Positions 8,779 to 16,948 of a stretch of DNA of 37,997 bases are shown here, piece by piece; positions within the stretch are counted from its first letter, which is position 1; each line of letters opens with the position of its first letter. A model generated the notes under the pieces. It was not told the DNA's origin and ran no database searches. It saw nothing but the letters and a program-made list of their open reading frames with translations. Location: positions 1 to 37,997 of the IMG/VR virus record IMGVR_UViG_3300017748_000027. One strand, given 5' to 3'. The stretch is from a virus. Its lineage: Duplodnaviria > Caudoviricetes. The position numbers were made by a program, and so were the translations under genes.

Positions 8779-9027
8779 ATGGCAAAGAAAAAACCTGAAT
8801 GGAAAGACAGCGAATATGCAGATGCTAAAGGTAAGTTTAAAGAACTGTCTTGTGGTGATTTAGCCAGTTGGTTAATTAAATCTAGAAAAGGTAATAAAAA
8901 AGCTATTGTTGGCAGCTTAAATCAACAAATAGTTTTTAATAGGAAAAAAAATCCTAGTTATGCTAAAAAAATGAAATGTGCTAGAAACGCAGCAATGAAG
9001 AAATTAGGCAATGACAAGAAAGATTAA
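8779..9027 (+). CDS. Small Lys-rich hypothetical protein
   Basis: 82 aa, basic, tightly packed with neighbours. Confidence 0.75.
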   Translation: MAKKKPEWKDSEYADAKGKFKELSCGDLASWLIKSRKGNKKAIVGSLNQQIVFNRKKNPSYAKKMKCARNAAMKKLGNDKKD

Positions 9028-9280
9028 AGGTGGTGGCACCAAGAAAGTCTGTCTACCTGCTAGTAAGGTAAGATCAATGAGCAAAGCTGAAAGAGATGCT
9101 GTTGTTAGAGCCAAGCGTAAAGCCGCATCATCAGGAGAATATAAAAGGTCAAGTAAGTCTAATGTTAAAGGAGCTCGTAAAAAAGGTGCTACGCTGAGAG
9201 ATTGGTTTCAAAAAGAAAACTGGATTAATGTCGCTACAGGCGAACCCTGTGGCGCCTCATCTAAAAAGAAAAAGAAGTAA
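9011..9280 (+). CDS. Small Lys/Arg-rich protein with LRDWFQKENWINV motif
   Basis: 89 aa, very basic; TAATG coupling to next gene. Confidence 0.75.
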   Translation: MTRKIKGGGTKKVCLPASKVRSMSKAERDAVVRAKRKAASSGEYKRSSKSNVKGARKKGATLRDWFQKENWINVATGEPCGASSKKKKK

Positions 9281-9540
9281 TGGCTGTAGATAAAAAAACT
9301 TTAAAGTGTAATAAACCTAAAAGAACTAGTGGTCACAAGACTAAGTCTCATATAGTAAAAGCTTGCAGCGGAGGTAAAGAAAAAATTATAAGATTTGGTC
9401 AACAAGGTGTTTCTACTGCTGGGAAAAAAACAGATTCTAAGTCTAAAGCAAGAAGAAAATCTTTTAAAGCAAGACACGCTAAAAATATAGCTAAAGGTAA
9501 AATGTCAGCTGCTTATTGGGCAGATAAAGTTAAATGGTAA
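9280..9540 (+). CDS. Small basic protein (KIIRFGQQG...RRKSFKARH...SAAYW family)
   Basis: 86 aa; motif recalled from small basic viral proteins; TAATG couplings on both sides. Confidence 0.8.
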   Translation: MAVDKKTLKCNKPKRTSGHKTKSHIVKACSGGKEKIIRFGQQGVSTAGKKTDSKSKARRKSFKARHAKNIAKGKMSAAYWADKVKW

Positions 9541-9707
9541 TGAAAGATAAAGGACTTGGCGATACTATAGAAAGATTTACAACTGCTACAGGTATAAAGC
9601 GTATAGCTGATATGATACCAGGTGGTTGTGGTTGTGATGATAGAAAGGATTGGTTTAATAAAAACTTTCCTTACAATAATAAAAACAATAGAGTAAAATA
9701 CGATTAA
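9540..9707 (+). CDS. Small CGC-motif protein, 55 aa (not in ORF track)
   Basis: MKDKGLGDTIERFTTATGIKRIADMIPGGCGCDDRKDWFNKNFPY...; TAATG overlaps at both ends. Confidence 0.8.
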   Translation: MKDKGLGDTIERFTTATGIKRIADMIPGGCGCDDRKDWFNKNFPYNNKNNRVKYD

Positions 9708-10069
9708 TGGCTTTTAAAATGAGATCACCCTATGTTGTAGATAACACGCCTGTGTATCACAAAGACGAACCGCCTAATATTATGGGTAGGGCTCATAAAA
9801 ATGGAGCTATAACAATAGACTTAGATATTCAAGTTGGTAGTAAAGAGTATGACAAAGTGAGAACTCACGAAGATGTACATGTTGATCAGTTTGAAAAATT
9901 TGAAAAAACTAATGGTAAACGAGGTTTAAATTATACTGCAGATACTGTTACTTGGAACGGGGAAGTTTACCCTAGAAAAAATGGAAAAATAAAATTCAAT
10001 GGAAAATGGATGATCGATGGTCACCCAGATTTTCCTTGGGAAAAAGAAGCATATAAAAAAGAAAAATAA
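9707..10069 (+). CDS. Small zincin-like putative metallopeptidase
   Basis: 120 aa; HEDVH (HExxH) with downstream PWEKEAY; N-terminus MAFKMR. Confidence 0.65.
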   Translation: MAFKMRSPYVVDNTPVYHKDEPPNIMGRAHKNGAITIDLDIQVGSKEYDKVRTHEDVHVDQFEKFEKTNGKRGLNYTADTVTWNGEVYPRKNGKIKFNGKWMIDGHPDFPWEKEAYKKEK

Positions 10070-10074
10070 AAATC

Positions 10075-11238
10075 ATGCCTGGAACAATGACATATAAAAA
10101 AGAGTTTGAAGCCATAACTAAAAGGGTTGAAACTATGGCAACAAAAACTTATAAAGAAGCTTATAAGGATGCCGACAAAAGTAAATATAAAACTTTTGCA
10201 GACTTTGAGAAAGCTGCTAAAGCTTATAACACTAAAAAATACGGAACTACAGAGCCAACAAAAACTGCTAAAGAAAAAGGAGTAAGCAAAGCAGAACTTG
10301 CTAAAACTAAATCTGATAGCAAAGTTAAAATGGATCCAATAAAAGCTAAACCAATAGCACCTATTAAGCCATCAGCTCCTAAGCCTAAAACTACTATGCA
10401 GAAAGCTGAAGACGCTATTAAAGCTGGAGATGCTAAAGGCGCTAAAAAAGCTATTAAAGACTCTGACATGAAGGGTAAAGTTAAAAGAAAAGTCAAAAGA
10501 GTTGCTGGTCAAGAAGCTAGAAAAACTAAAAGAGCTTCAAATAAAACTGATAGAATTAACAATAAGATAGATAAGCTAGAAGGTAAAAAACCTGAAAACA
10601 AGGCTATGGCGTCTGATAAACCAAATGAAAGGAAAAAATTAAGAAAAGCTAAAAAACTTGTTAAAGAACGTACTGCTGATGGAAAAGTTAAAAATTATGC
10701 AGAAAACGCAGCAGTAGCATCTGATATAGCTTTAGATACTAACCCAGGATCAAGCTACTCTAAACTACTCAAATCAAGAGCTTATAAAAAGAATGAAGCA
10801 GATCAAAGCGGAAAATCTATAAGACAAATGAAAAAAGAATCAAAAGACGAAACAGCAACTAACAGATACGGTGGAGGTGAAACGCCTGCTGCTTATTTTA
10901 AGCAAAACATTAAGTATAACAACTCTGCAAAAGCTACAGCTATTAGAGTTGCTGCTGATGAAAAAGATAAAATGAACGCTAGTCCTAAAGGTAAAAAAGC
11001 TTTAGATCATGACATTAGTTCTATGATTACTAATGCTAGTATGAAAACTAACGCTATGAACTATAAAACTAATTCTATGCGTTATGGTACTATGGCTGAA
11101 AAACATCACGGTGGTATGCCTAAAATGAAAACAAATCAAGATGGTGGTGCTTATGCTGCTATTAATTCTTCTGCACCTGCAAAGCAAATTAAAAAACTAG
11201 GAAGCATAATATCTAAACACTTTAAAAGAACAAAATAA
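10075..11238 (+). CDS. Lys/Ala-rich basic protein (possible DNA-binding internal protein)
   Basis: 387 aa, histone-H1-like K/A composition. Confidence 0.7.
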   Translation: MPGTMTYKKEFEAITKRVETMATKTYKEAYKDADKSKYKTFADFEKAAKAYNTKKYGTTEPTKTAKEKGVSKAELAKTKSDSKVKMDPIKAKPIAPIKPSAPKPKTTMQKAEDAIKAGDAKGAKKAIKDSDMKGKVKRKVKRVAGQEARKTKRASNKTDRINNKIDKLEGKKPENKAMASDKPNERKKLRKAKKLVKERTADGKVKNYAENAAVASDIALDTNPGSSYSKLLKSRAYKKNEADQSGKSIRQMKKESKDETATNRYGGGETPAAYFKQNIKYNNSAKATAIRVAADEKDKMNASPKGKKALDHDISSMITNASMKTNAMNYKTNSMRYGTMAEKHHGGMPKMKTNQDGGAYAAINSSAPAKQIKKLGSIISKHFKRTK

Positions 11239-11243
11239 TTACT

Positions 11244-12077
11244 ATGGCTTTTAAATTAAAATTACAAGGAAAATCAAAAGAACTTTACGGGTCAGACAAT
11301 ACTATGGTCCGTAAAGGACTTGTTACTCCAGCTTATTTAATGGAAGGCCCGGGTGATAAAGTAAAAAAAGGTGAACCAAAAACTCAACAACAAGTTGATG
11401 ATGAAGCTACTCAAATTGCTAAAGAAAATATGAAACTTGTTTCAACAGAAACTAGAAAAGTTGAAGGTGGTACAGAGAAAGTAGAAAATTTTGAAGGAGA
11501 AGGTGAATCTACAGGCTTTAGTAAAGATCCTGCTGAAAGAGCAAAACAAAAGCAATGGATAAAAGATAATCCAGAGTTACACGCAAAACTGCTAGCTGAG
11601 AAAAAAGCAAAAGATCAAAAAATTACTTTTATTCCTGATAAAGATCCAGATGAAGAACTAAAACCAAAGCCTGATCCTAACCAAAAGGCTAGTGTTAAAG
11701 CTACAAATATCGGAACTAAGCTTACTACACAAGAAGTTGATAAAGGTGATCAAATACAAGGAGGTATGCAACCTGTAGAAGAAGTTTATTATGTAACAGG
11801 TTATAAAGAAGATGGAACGAGAGGTAAAATTAAGAAAACAAGAACTGTTTATAAGAAAGTAGAAAATAAGAAAGTGAAAACTGAACAGCAAAAAAGAGAC
11901 GCTACTAAAGATGAAACAGATGATAGCGTTGTAATAGGTAGCACTGGAGATGCTGATAGAATTGCAAATGTAGTAACAGATCAACTTAATCAAAAGACTG
12001 TATCTAACATGTTAGATCCTTCTGCTATAATTAAAGGATCTATGATGATTAAAAACTTAATAGGCAAAAATAAGTAA
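11244..12077 (+). CDS. Charged hypothetical protein with MAFKLK N-terminus
   Basis: 277 aa, K/E/D-rich; TAATG coupling to next gene. Confidence 0.7.
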   Translation: MAFKLKLQGKSKELYGSDNTMVRKGLVTPAYLMEGPGDKVKKGEPKTQQQVDDEATQIAKENMKLVSTETRKVEGGTEKVENFEGEGESTGFSKDPAERAKQKQWIKDNPELHAKLLAEKKAKDQKITFIPDKDPDEELKPKPDPNQKASVKATNIGTKLTTQEVDKGDQIQGGMQPVEEVYYVTGYKEDGTRGKIKKTRTVYKKVENKKVKTEQQKRDATKDETDDSVVIGSTGDADRIANVVTDQLNQKTVSNMLDPSAIIKGSMMIKNLIGKNK

Positions 12078-12529
12078 TGGCTGAAAAAAAATCATTTAGA
12101 GAAACTAAAGTAGGGGCTTTTTTAGCTAGTAAAGCTCCTAAAGTACTAGATGCTATAGGAGACATACTGCCTAACCAAGGAACTCTTGGTGTAGTAAAAA
12201 ATCTTATAACAAGTGATAATAAGATTAAGCCGGTAGATAAAGAGCAGGCTATGAAGTTAATAGAGCAAGATCTACAAGAGTTAAAAGAAGTATCTAGTAG
12301 ATGGAGAGCTGATATGAAATCAGATTCTTGGTTAAGTAAAAATACTAGACCTTTAGCTCTTATATTTTTAACAGCATCAGCCGTATTTATGATGGCTGTA
12401 GATTCTTTTCATTTACAATTTGATGTGGATGATGCTTGGATAAGCTTATTAAAAACATTACTGGTAACAGTTTATGTAGCATACTTCGGAAGTCGTGGTG
12501 CTGAAAAAATAACAAAAATAAATAATTAA
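12077..12529 (+). CDS. Holin-like protein (3TM/GTA holin family)
   Basis: DSWLSKNTRPLALIFL and terminal YFGSRGAEK flank hydrophobic helices. Confidence 0.75.
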   Translation: MAEKKSFRETKVGAFLASKAPKVLDAIGDILPNQGTLGVVKNLITSDNKIKPVDKEQAMKLIEQDLQELKEVSSRWRADMKSDSWLSKNTRPLALIFLTASAVFMMAVDSFHLQFDVDDAWISLLKTLLVTVYVAYFGSRGAEKITKINN

Positions 12530-12531
12530 AA

Positions 12532-12888
12532 ATGGCTGGATCAATAGAAATAGATATTGCTGGACTAGAAGGTAACATGGCTGCTGAGCCAAGAAGATTT
12601 GCTCATTCTGCTAATGTTATAACTATAGCAAGTGGAACTGGTAAAGACGACGCAGCTCAAGACGTTTTGCCAGCTCCAGTAAACAATGAAGTAGCTGTGC
12701 TACAAAGAGGAGCTTGCTTATATATAGGCGGAACAGGTAATGTTAAAGTATTATTAGAAGGAGATACTACACCTGTTAAATTTGCAAGTGTACCTGCTGG
12801 TACTTTTATGCCTGTACTTGTTAAAAAAATATATGGCAAAGACGGAACTGATGGTACTACTGCTACTGAAATATTAGCGTATTATTAA
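12532..12888 (+). CDS. Capsid spike-base-like protein (RcGTA Rcc01079-like)
   Basis: LYIGGTGNVKV...VKFASVPAGTFMPVLVKKI...GTTATEILA matches the recalled family pattern. Confidence 0.65.
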   Translation: MAGSIEIDIAGLEGNMAAEPRRFAHSANVITIASGTGKDDAAQDVLPAPVNNEVAVLQRGACLYIGGTGNVKVLLEGDTTPVKFASVPAGTFMPVLVKKIYGKDGTDGTTATEILAYY

Positions 12889-13457
12889 TGATAACTCAAA
12901 GGTTTAACACTCATCTTCCTTGGAGAATGAGTGGAAGAGCTAAAAATAATCACTTTTTTGGCTTTGCATTTTTATTAAATTATGTTTGCGAGAACTTACC
13001 TGATTATGGTAAAGCTTTAGAAATAGGTAGTTATATGGGTGAGTCAACTCAAATGATAGCTGCTAGTGGTATATTTAGTGAAATACATAGTGTTGATCCA
13101 TTTAAAGGTACTGAAGAATTTAATAAAGAGTTTGGGCATACGTGGTCGAAAGTTAAATCAGAGTATAATAAAAATATAAGATACTTTGATAATATATATC
13201 ATCACCAAGGTTATAGCTATGATGAAGTTCCTAAGTTTCCAAACGCTGAGTTTGAATTTATATACATAGATGCTAGTCACAAGTACGAAGATGTAAAAAA
13301 AGATATTGAATTATCCCTGCCAAAATTAAAATATAAAGGCATAATTGCTGGCCATGACTATAGTTGGTCAGAAGTCAAAAAAGCAGTTGATGAAAAATTT
13401 AACCCAGAAGAAGTAATAGTATTTTTAGATTCTTCATGGGCGTATATTAAAAATTAA
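12888..13457 (+). CDS. Class I SAM-dependent methyltransferase (Methyltransf_24-like)
   Basis: LEIGSYMGEST, FIYIDASHKYEDVKKDI, GIIAGHDY. Confidence 0.9.
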   Translation: MITQRFNTHLPWRMSGRAKNNHFFGFAFLLNYVCENLPDYGKALEIGSYMGESTQMIAASGIFSEIHSVDPFKGTEEFNKEFGHTWSKVKSEYNKNIRYFDNIYHHQGYSYDEVPKFPNAEFEFIYIDASHKYEDVKKDIELSLPKLKYKGIIAGHDYSWSEVKKAVDEKFNPEEVIVFLDSSWAYIKN

Positions 13458-13467
13458 ATTAAATTAA

Positions 13468-13707
13468 ATGAAAAAAAATAAATTAAATAAAGTTGAATTA
13501 ACTAAAGCTAATGAAGTTGCTAAAAACTTTAATGATGTAATGATACAAATAGGCAATATAAAGCTAATTGAATATGATTTATTAGTTAAAGCTGCTCAAG
13601 AGAGAAGCAATGTAAAAGTTTTTAAAGAAGAGTTGCAAAAAAAGTATGGCAACATAGATATTGATCTTAAAACAGGAGAATACGGTGAAAGTAATAAGGA
13701 AGATTAG
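13468..13707 (+). CDS. Small coiled-coil KKYG-motif protein, paralogue of 386..724
   Basis: 79 aa; (ATTAA)3-ATG leader; LQKKYGNIDIDLKTGEY. Confidence 0.7.
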   Translation: MKKNKLNKVELTKANEVAKNFNDVMIQIGNIKLIEYDLLVKAAQERSNVKVFKEELQKKYGNIDIDLKTGEYGESNKED

Positions 13708-13909
13708 TATAGGTTCTGACTATAAAAATGATGCTATGCATTATTCTACTGGTCAAGAAGTATACGGTGGACATACTATTAGCGATATTCTTTTTGAAGA
13801 CAATGATCAGTCTTATAATATATTCATTGAAAAAAATAATGAAATATTACCTTGGAAAAAGTTTAATCGTAATATGGCTATATCAGTTGAATACGATTTA
13901 AAATACTAG
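13685..13909 (+). CDS. Hypothetical protein (RKISIGSDYKNDAMHY)
   Basis: Likely GTG start at 13685 within the 13661 ORF; TAG/GTG overlap with next gene. Confidence 0.7.
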   Translation: MKVIRKISIGSDYKNDAMHYSTGQEVYGGHTISDILFEDNDQSYNIFIEKNNEILPWKKFNRNMAISVEYDLKY

Positions 13910-14493
13910 TGAAAAGTTTATATCAATTTATAATAAAGCCTTTTGACGAAAGATATGATAATACAAAGAAGATCGATGATAAAACCCTCATTGTTAACAC
14001 TAGTATTGAAGATCATAAGTTTGTTAGTAAAAAAGCTATTGTCGTTTCTACGCCTGCAGCTTTTAAAACTAAAGTAAAAACAGGTGATATAGTATATGTG
14101 CATCATAATATATTTAGAAGATATTATGATATGAAGGGTGTTGAAAGAAATAGTGGAACATATTTTAAAGATGATCTTTATTTTTGTTCTCCTTTTCAAA
14201 TATATATGTACAATGGCAATAGCCATTTAAATTACTGTTTTGTTAAGCCTATTTTAAATAAAGAAAAATTTAGCATTAATAAAGAGCAACCTAATGTTGG
14301 TATAGTTAAGTATAGCAATAGTTCCTTAGAAGCTCTTAAAATAAAACCTGGAACACTTATTACGTTCACACCTAACTCAGAGTTTGAGTTTATTATAGAA
14401 AGTGAACGACTTTATTGTATGAAATCAAATGATATAGCTTTAATCCATGAATACAAAGGAGACGAGAAAGAATATAATCCGAGCTGGGCGTAA
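13909..14493 (+). CDS. Tandem GroES-like domain protein
   Basis: 194 aa; two repeats of F(I/V)(I)KP...(A/G)IV...(V/I)K.G..(V/I) GroES-like strands, ending LYCMKSNDI. Confidence 0.55.
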   Translation: MKSLYQFIIKPFDERYDNTKKIDDKTLIVNTSIEDHKFVSKKAIVVSTPAAFKTKVKTGDIVYVHHNIFRRYYDMKGVERNSGTYFKDDLYFCSPFQIYMYNGNSHLNYCFVKPILNKEKFSINKEQPNVGIVKYSNSSLEALKIKPGTLITFTPNSEFEFIIESERLYCMKSNDIALIHEYKGDEKEYNPSWA

Positions 14494-14722
14494 GGCTGTA
14501 GACGAGTTAGTTAAAGTAGCAGAAGAGCAAATTATAACTAATGAAGCAGATGATTTAGCTGCTGACAGGTTAAAGAATGCCGCAGCTACTAAAAAGCTGT
14601 GCATTATGGATGCATTTGAAATATTACAACGAATAGAAGAAGAAGAAAATATTTTAAAAGGTTTAGAGAATAAAAAAGAAATTAAGCCATTTAAAGGTTT
14701 TGCAGAAGGGAGAAGTAAATGA
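14447..14722 (+). CDS. Putative terminase small subunit
   Basis: 91-aa helical protein ATGA-coupled immediately upstream of terL; positional inference. Confidence 0.5.
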   Translation: MNTKETRKNIIRAGRKAVDELVKVAEEQIITNEADDLAADRLKNAAATKKLCIMDAFEILQRIEEEENILKGLENKKEIKPFKGFAEGRSK

Positions 14723-16944
14723 TTCACGAACAAACCCTTTGGAAAGAAGTTAAAGACATTGTAAATCCTAAAATATTAGCTAAAAACAATAGGTTTAAAA
14801 AATGGGAGTATGGCTATAACTCTGATTATGATTTTATAGTAATAAGTAAAACTGGAAAAATTGGACAAGTCATTGAAATACAAAATCTCCGCATCGCTTT
14901 ACCAACAACAGATAAATCGTTTAAACGAAGCGAAAACAAAGCGCAACAACGTTGGGAAAAGTTTGAATATCCAAAAGAACTACAAAGAATAAAAACTAGA
15001 TTTGACTGGGAAGAACACTCTGTAACTTTTAAAGAAAAATGGTACGATTATATTGACAATGAATTTACTAGACGAGAGCAAGGATTTTACTTTTATAACA
15101 ATGGTACTCCTACTTACATTACTGGCACTCATTACATGTACCTGCAATGGTCAAAGATTGATGTTGGATCACCAGATTATAGAGAGTCAAACAGACTCTT
15201 CTTTATATTTTGGGAAGCGTGTAAAGCAGATAAAAGGTGTTACGGAATGTGTTACCTTAAAAACAGACGATCTGGATTCTCTTTTATGTCAAGCGCGGAA
15301 CTTGTTAACCAAGCTACAATATCTTCAGACTCAAGATTCGGTATACTTTCCAAGTCTGGAGCAGATGCCAAAAAAATGTTTACAGATAAAGTTGTACCCA
15401 TATCAGTTAACTACCCGTTCTTTTTTAAACCCATTCAAGATGGTATGGACAGGCCGAAAACTGAATTGGCATATCGTGTTCCAGCATCGAAACTTACTAG
15501 AAGAAAGCTTGAGTCTAATGAACAACTCACAGAATTAGAAGGACTTGATACAACTATTGACTGGAAAAATACAGGTGATAACTCTTACGATGGTGAAAAA
15601 CTAAAACTATTAGCTCATGATGAAAGTGGCAAATGGGAAAGACCTGATAATATATTAAACAACTGGAGAGTTACAAAAACTACGCTGCGTCTAGGATCTA
15701 GGATTGTAGGTAAATGTATGATGGGCTCAACTTCAAATGCTTTAGACAAAGGTGGAGACAATTTTAAACACTTATACTACAATTCAGACGTTAAAAAAAG
15801 AAATAAAAACGGACAAACAACTTCTGGACTCTATAGCTTGTTCATACCTATGGAGTGGAACTACGAAGGATTCATCGATACTTATGGATCACCTGTCTTC
15901 GTTACTAGGGAAAATAGAGCTAAAGGAGTTGACGGTTACGAAATTACAACAGGAGTTATTGAGCACTGGAAAAACGAAGTTGAAGGATTAAAGCACGATC
16001 AAGACAGTTTAAACGAATACTATAGGCAGTTTCCAAGATCAGAGGCTCACGCTTTTAGAGATGAAAGCAAACAAGCTCTTTTCAATATAACAAAAATATA
16101 TCAACAAATAGATTATAACGAGGAATTAAACAATAAAGCTAATATAACTCAAGGTAATTTTTCTTGGAATAATGGGATAAAAGATACTACAGTAAGTTTT
16201 ATTCCTAATCAAAATGGTAGATTCTTTGTTAGCTGGGTGCCACCTAATAATTTACAAAACAAAGTAATAATTAAAAATGGAACAAAATATCCTGGTAACG
16301 AGCACATTGGAGCTTTTGGCTGTGACAGTTACGACATTAGCGGTACTGTGGATGGTAAAGGTTCTAAAGGAGCATTACATGGATTAACTAAGTTTTCAAT
16401 GGAAGACGCTCCATTTAATCAGTTCTTTTTAGAATATATAGCAAGACCTCAAACAGCTGAGATATTTTTTGAAGATGTTTTAATGGCGCTTAATTTTTAT
16501 GCAATGCCTATACTTGCAGAGAATAATAAACCTCGTCTATTGTACTATTTAAAAAGAAGAGGATATAGAGGCTTTAGTATTAATAGGCCAGATAAACTTG
16601 CAAATAAATTGTCGGTTACAGAAAGAGAAATAGGTGGTATACCTAATTCAAGTGAAGATATTAAGCAAGCACATGCTGCTGCTATAGAAACTTACATAAA
16701 TGATAATGTAGGTAGAATAAAAGAAGGTTACGGTTCAATGTATTTTCAAAGAACTTTAGAAGACTGGGCTAAATTTAACATAAACAATAGAACAAAGTAT
16801 GATGCTACTATAAGTTCTGGTTTAGCTATAATGGCTTGTAATAAAAACAAATATAGACCTGCACCTAAAAATATTATTAAATCTTTTAATTTAGGTTTTA
16901 AAAGATATAACAACGATGGCAATATTTCTAAAATAATAAAATAA
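14719..16944 (+). CDS. terL: Terminase large subunit
   Basis: 741 aa; Walker A-like LKNRRSGFS, Walker B LLAHDESGK, motif-III-like GSTSN, nuclease GCDSYD and C-terminal YDATISSG; precedes portal. Confidence 0.93.
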   Translation: MIHEQTLWKEVKDIVNPKILAKNNRFKKWEYGYNSDYDFIVISKTGKIGQVIEIQNLRIALPTTDKSFKRSENKAQQRWEKFEYPKELQRIKTRFDWEEHSVTFKEKWYDYIDNEFTRREQGFYFYNNGTPTYITGTHYMYLQWSKIDVGSPDYRESNRLFFIFWEACKADKRCYGMCYLKNRRSGFSFMSSAELVNQATISSDSRFGILSKSGADAKKMFTDKVVPISVNYPFFFKPIQDGMDRPKTELAYRVPASKLTRRKLESNEQLTELEGLDTTIDWKNTGDNSYDGEKLKLLAHDESGKWERPDNILNNWRVTKTTLRLGSRIVGKCMMGSTSNALDKGGDNFKHLYYNSDVKKRNKNGQTTSGLYSLFIPMEWNYEGFIDTYGSPVFVTRENRAKGVDGYEITTGVIEHWKNEVEGLKHDQDSLNEYYRQFPRSEAHAFRDESKQALFNITKIYQQIDYNEELNNKANITQGNFSWNNGIKDTTVSFIPNQNGRFFVSWVPPNNLQNKVIIKNGTKYPGNEHIGAFGCDSYDISGTVDGKGSKGALHGLTKFSMEDAPFNQFFLEYIARPQTAEIFFEDVLMALNFYAMPILAENNKPRLLYYLKRRGYRGFSINRPDKLANKLSVTEREIGGIPNSSEDIKQAHAAAIETYINDNVGRIKEGYGSMYFQRTLEDWAKFNINNRTKYDATISSGLAIMACNKNKYRPAPKNIIKSFNLGFKRYNNDGNISKIIK
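15059..15538 (+). CDS. Candidate overprinted (+1 frame) exported/lipoprotein gene inside terL
   Basis: 170 stop-free codons (15026-15535); ATGs at 15059 and 15101; MVLLLTLLALITCTCNGQ start. Confidence 0.4.
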   Translation: MNLLDESKDFTFITMVLLLTLLALITCTCNGQRLMLDHQIIESQTDSSLYFGKRVKQIKGVTECVTLKTDDLDSLLCQARNLLTKLQYLQTQDSVYFPSLEQMPKKCLQIKLYPYQLTTRSFLNPFKMVWTGRKLNWHIVFQHRNLLEESLSLMNNSQN

Positions 16945-16948
16945 ATAA

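Noticed and set aside
13661-13684. TTG start for the 82-aa ORF
   Set aside because: GTG 13685 gives a shorter overlap and sits just before the apparent motif
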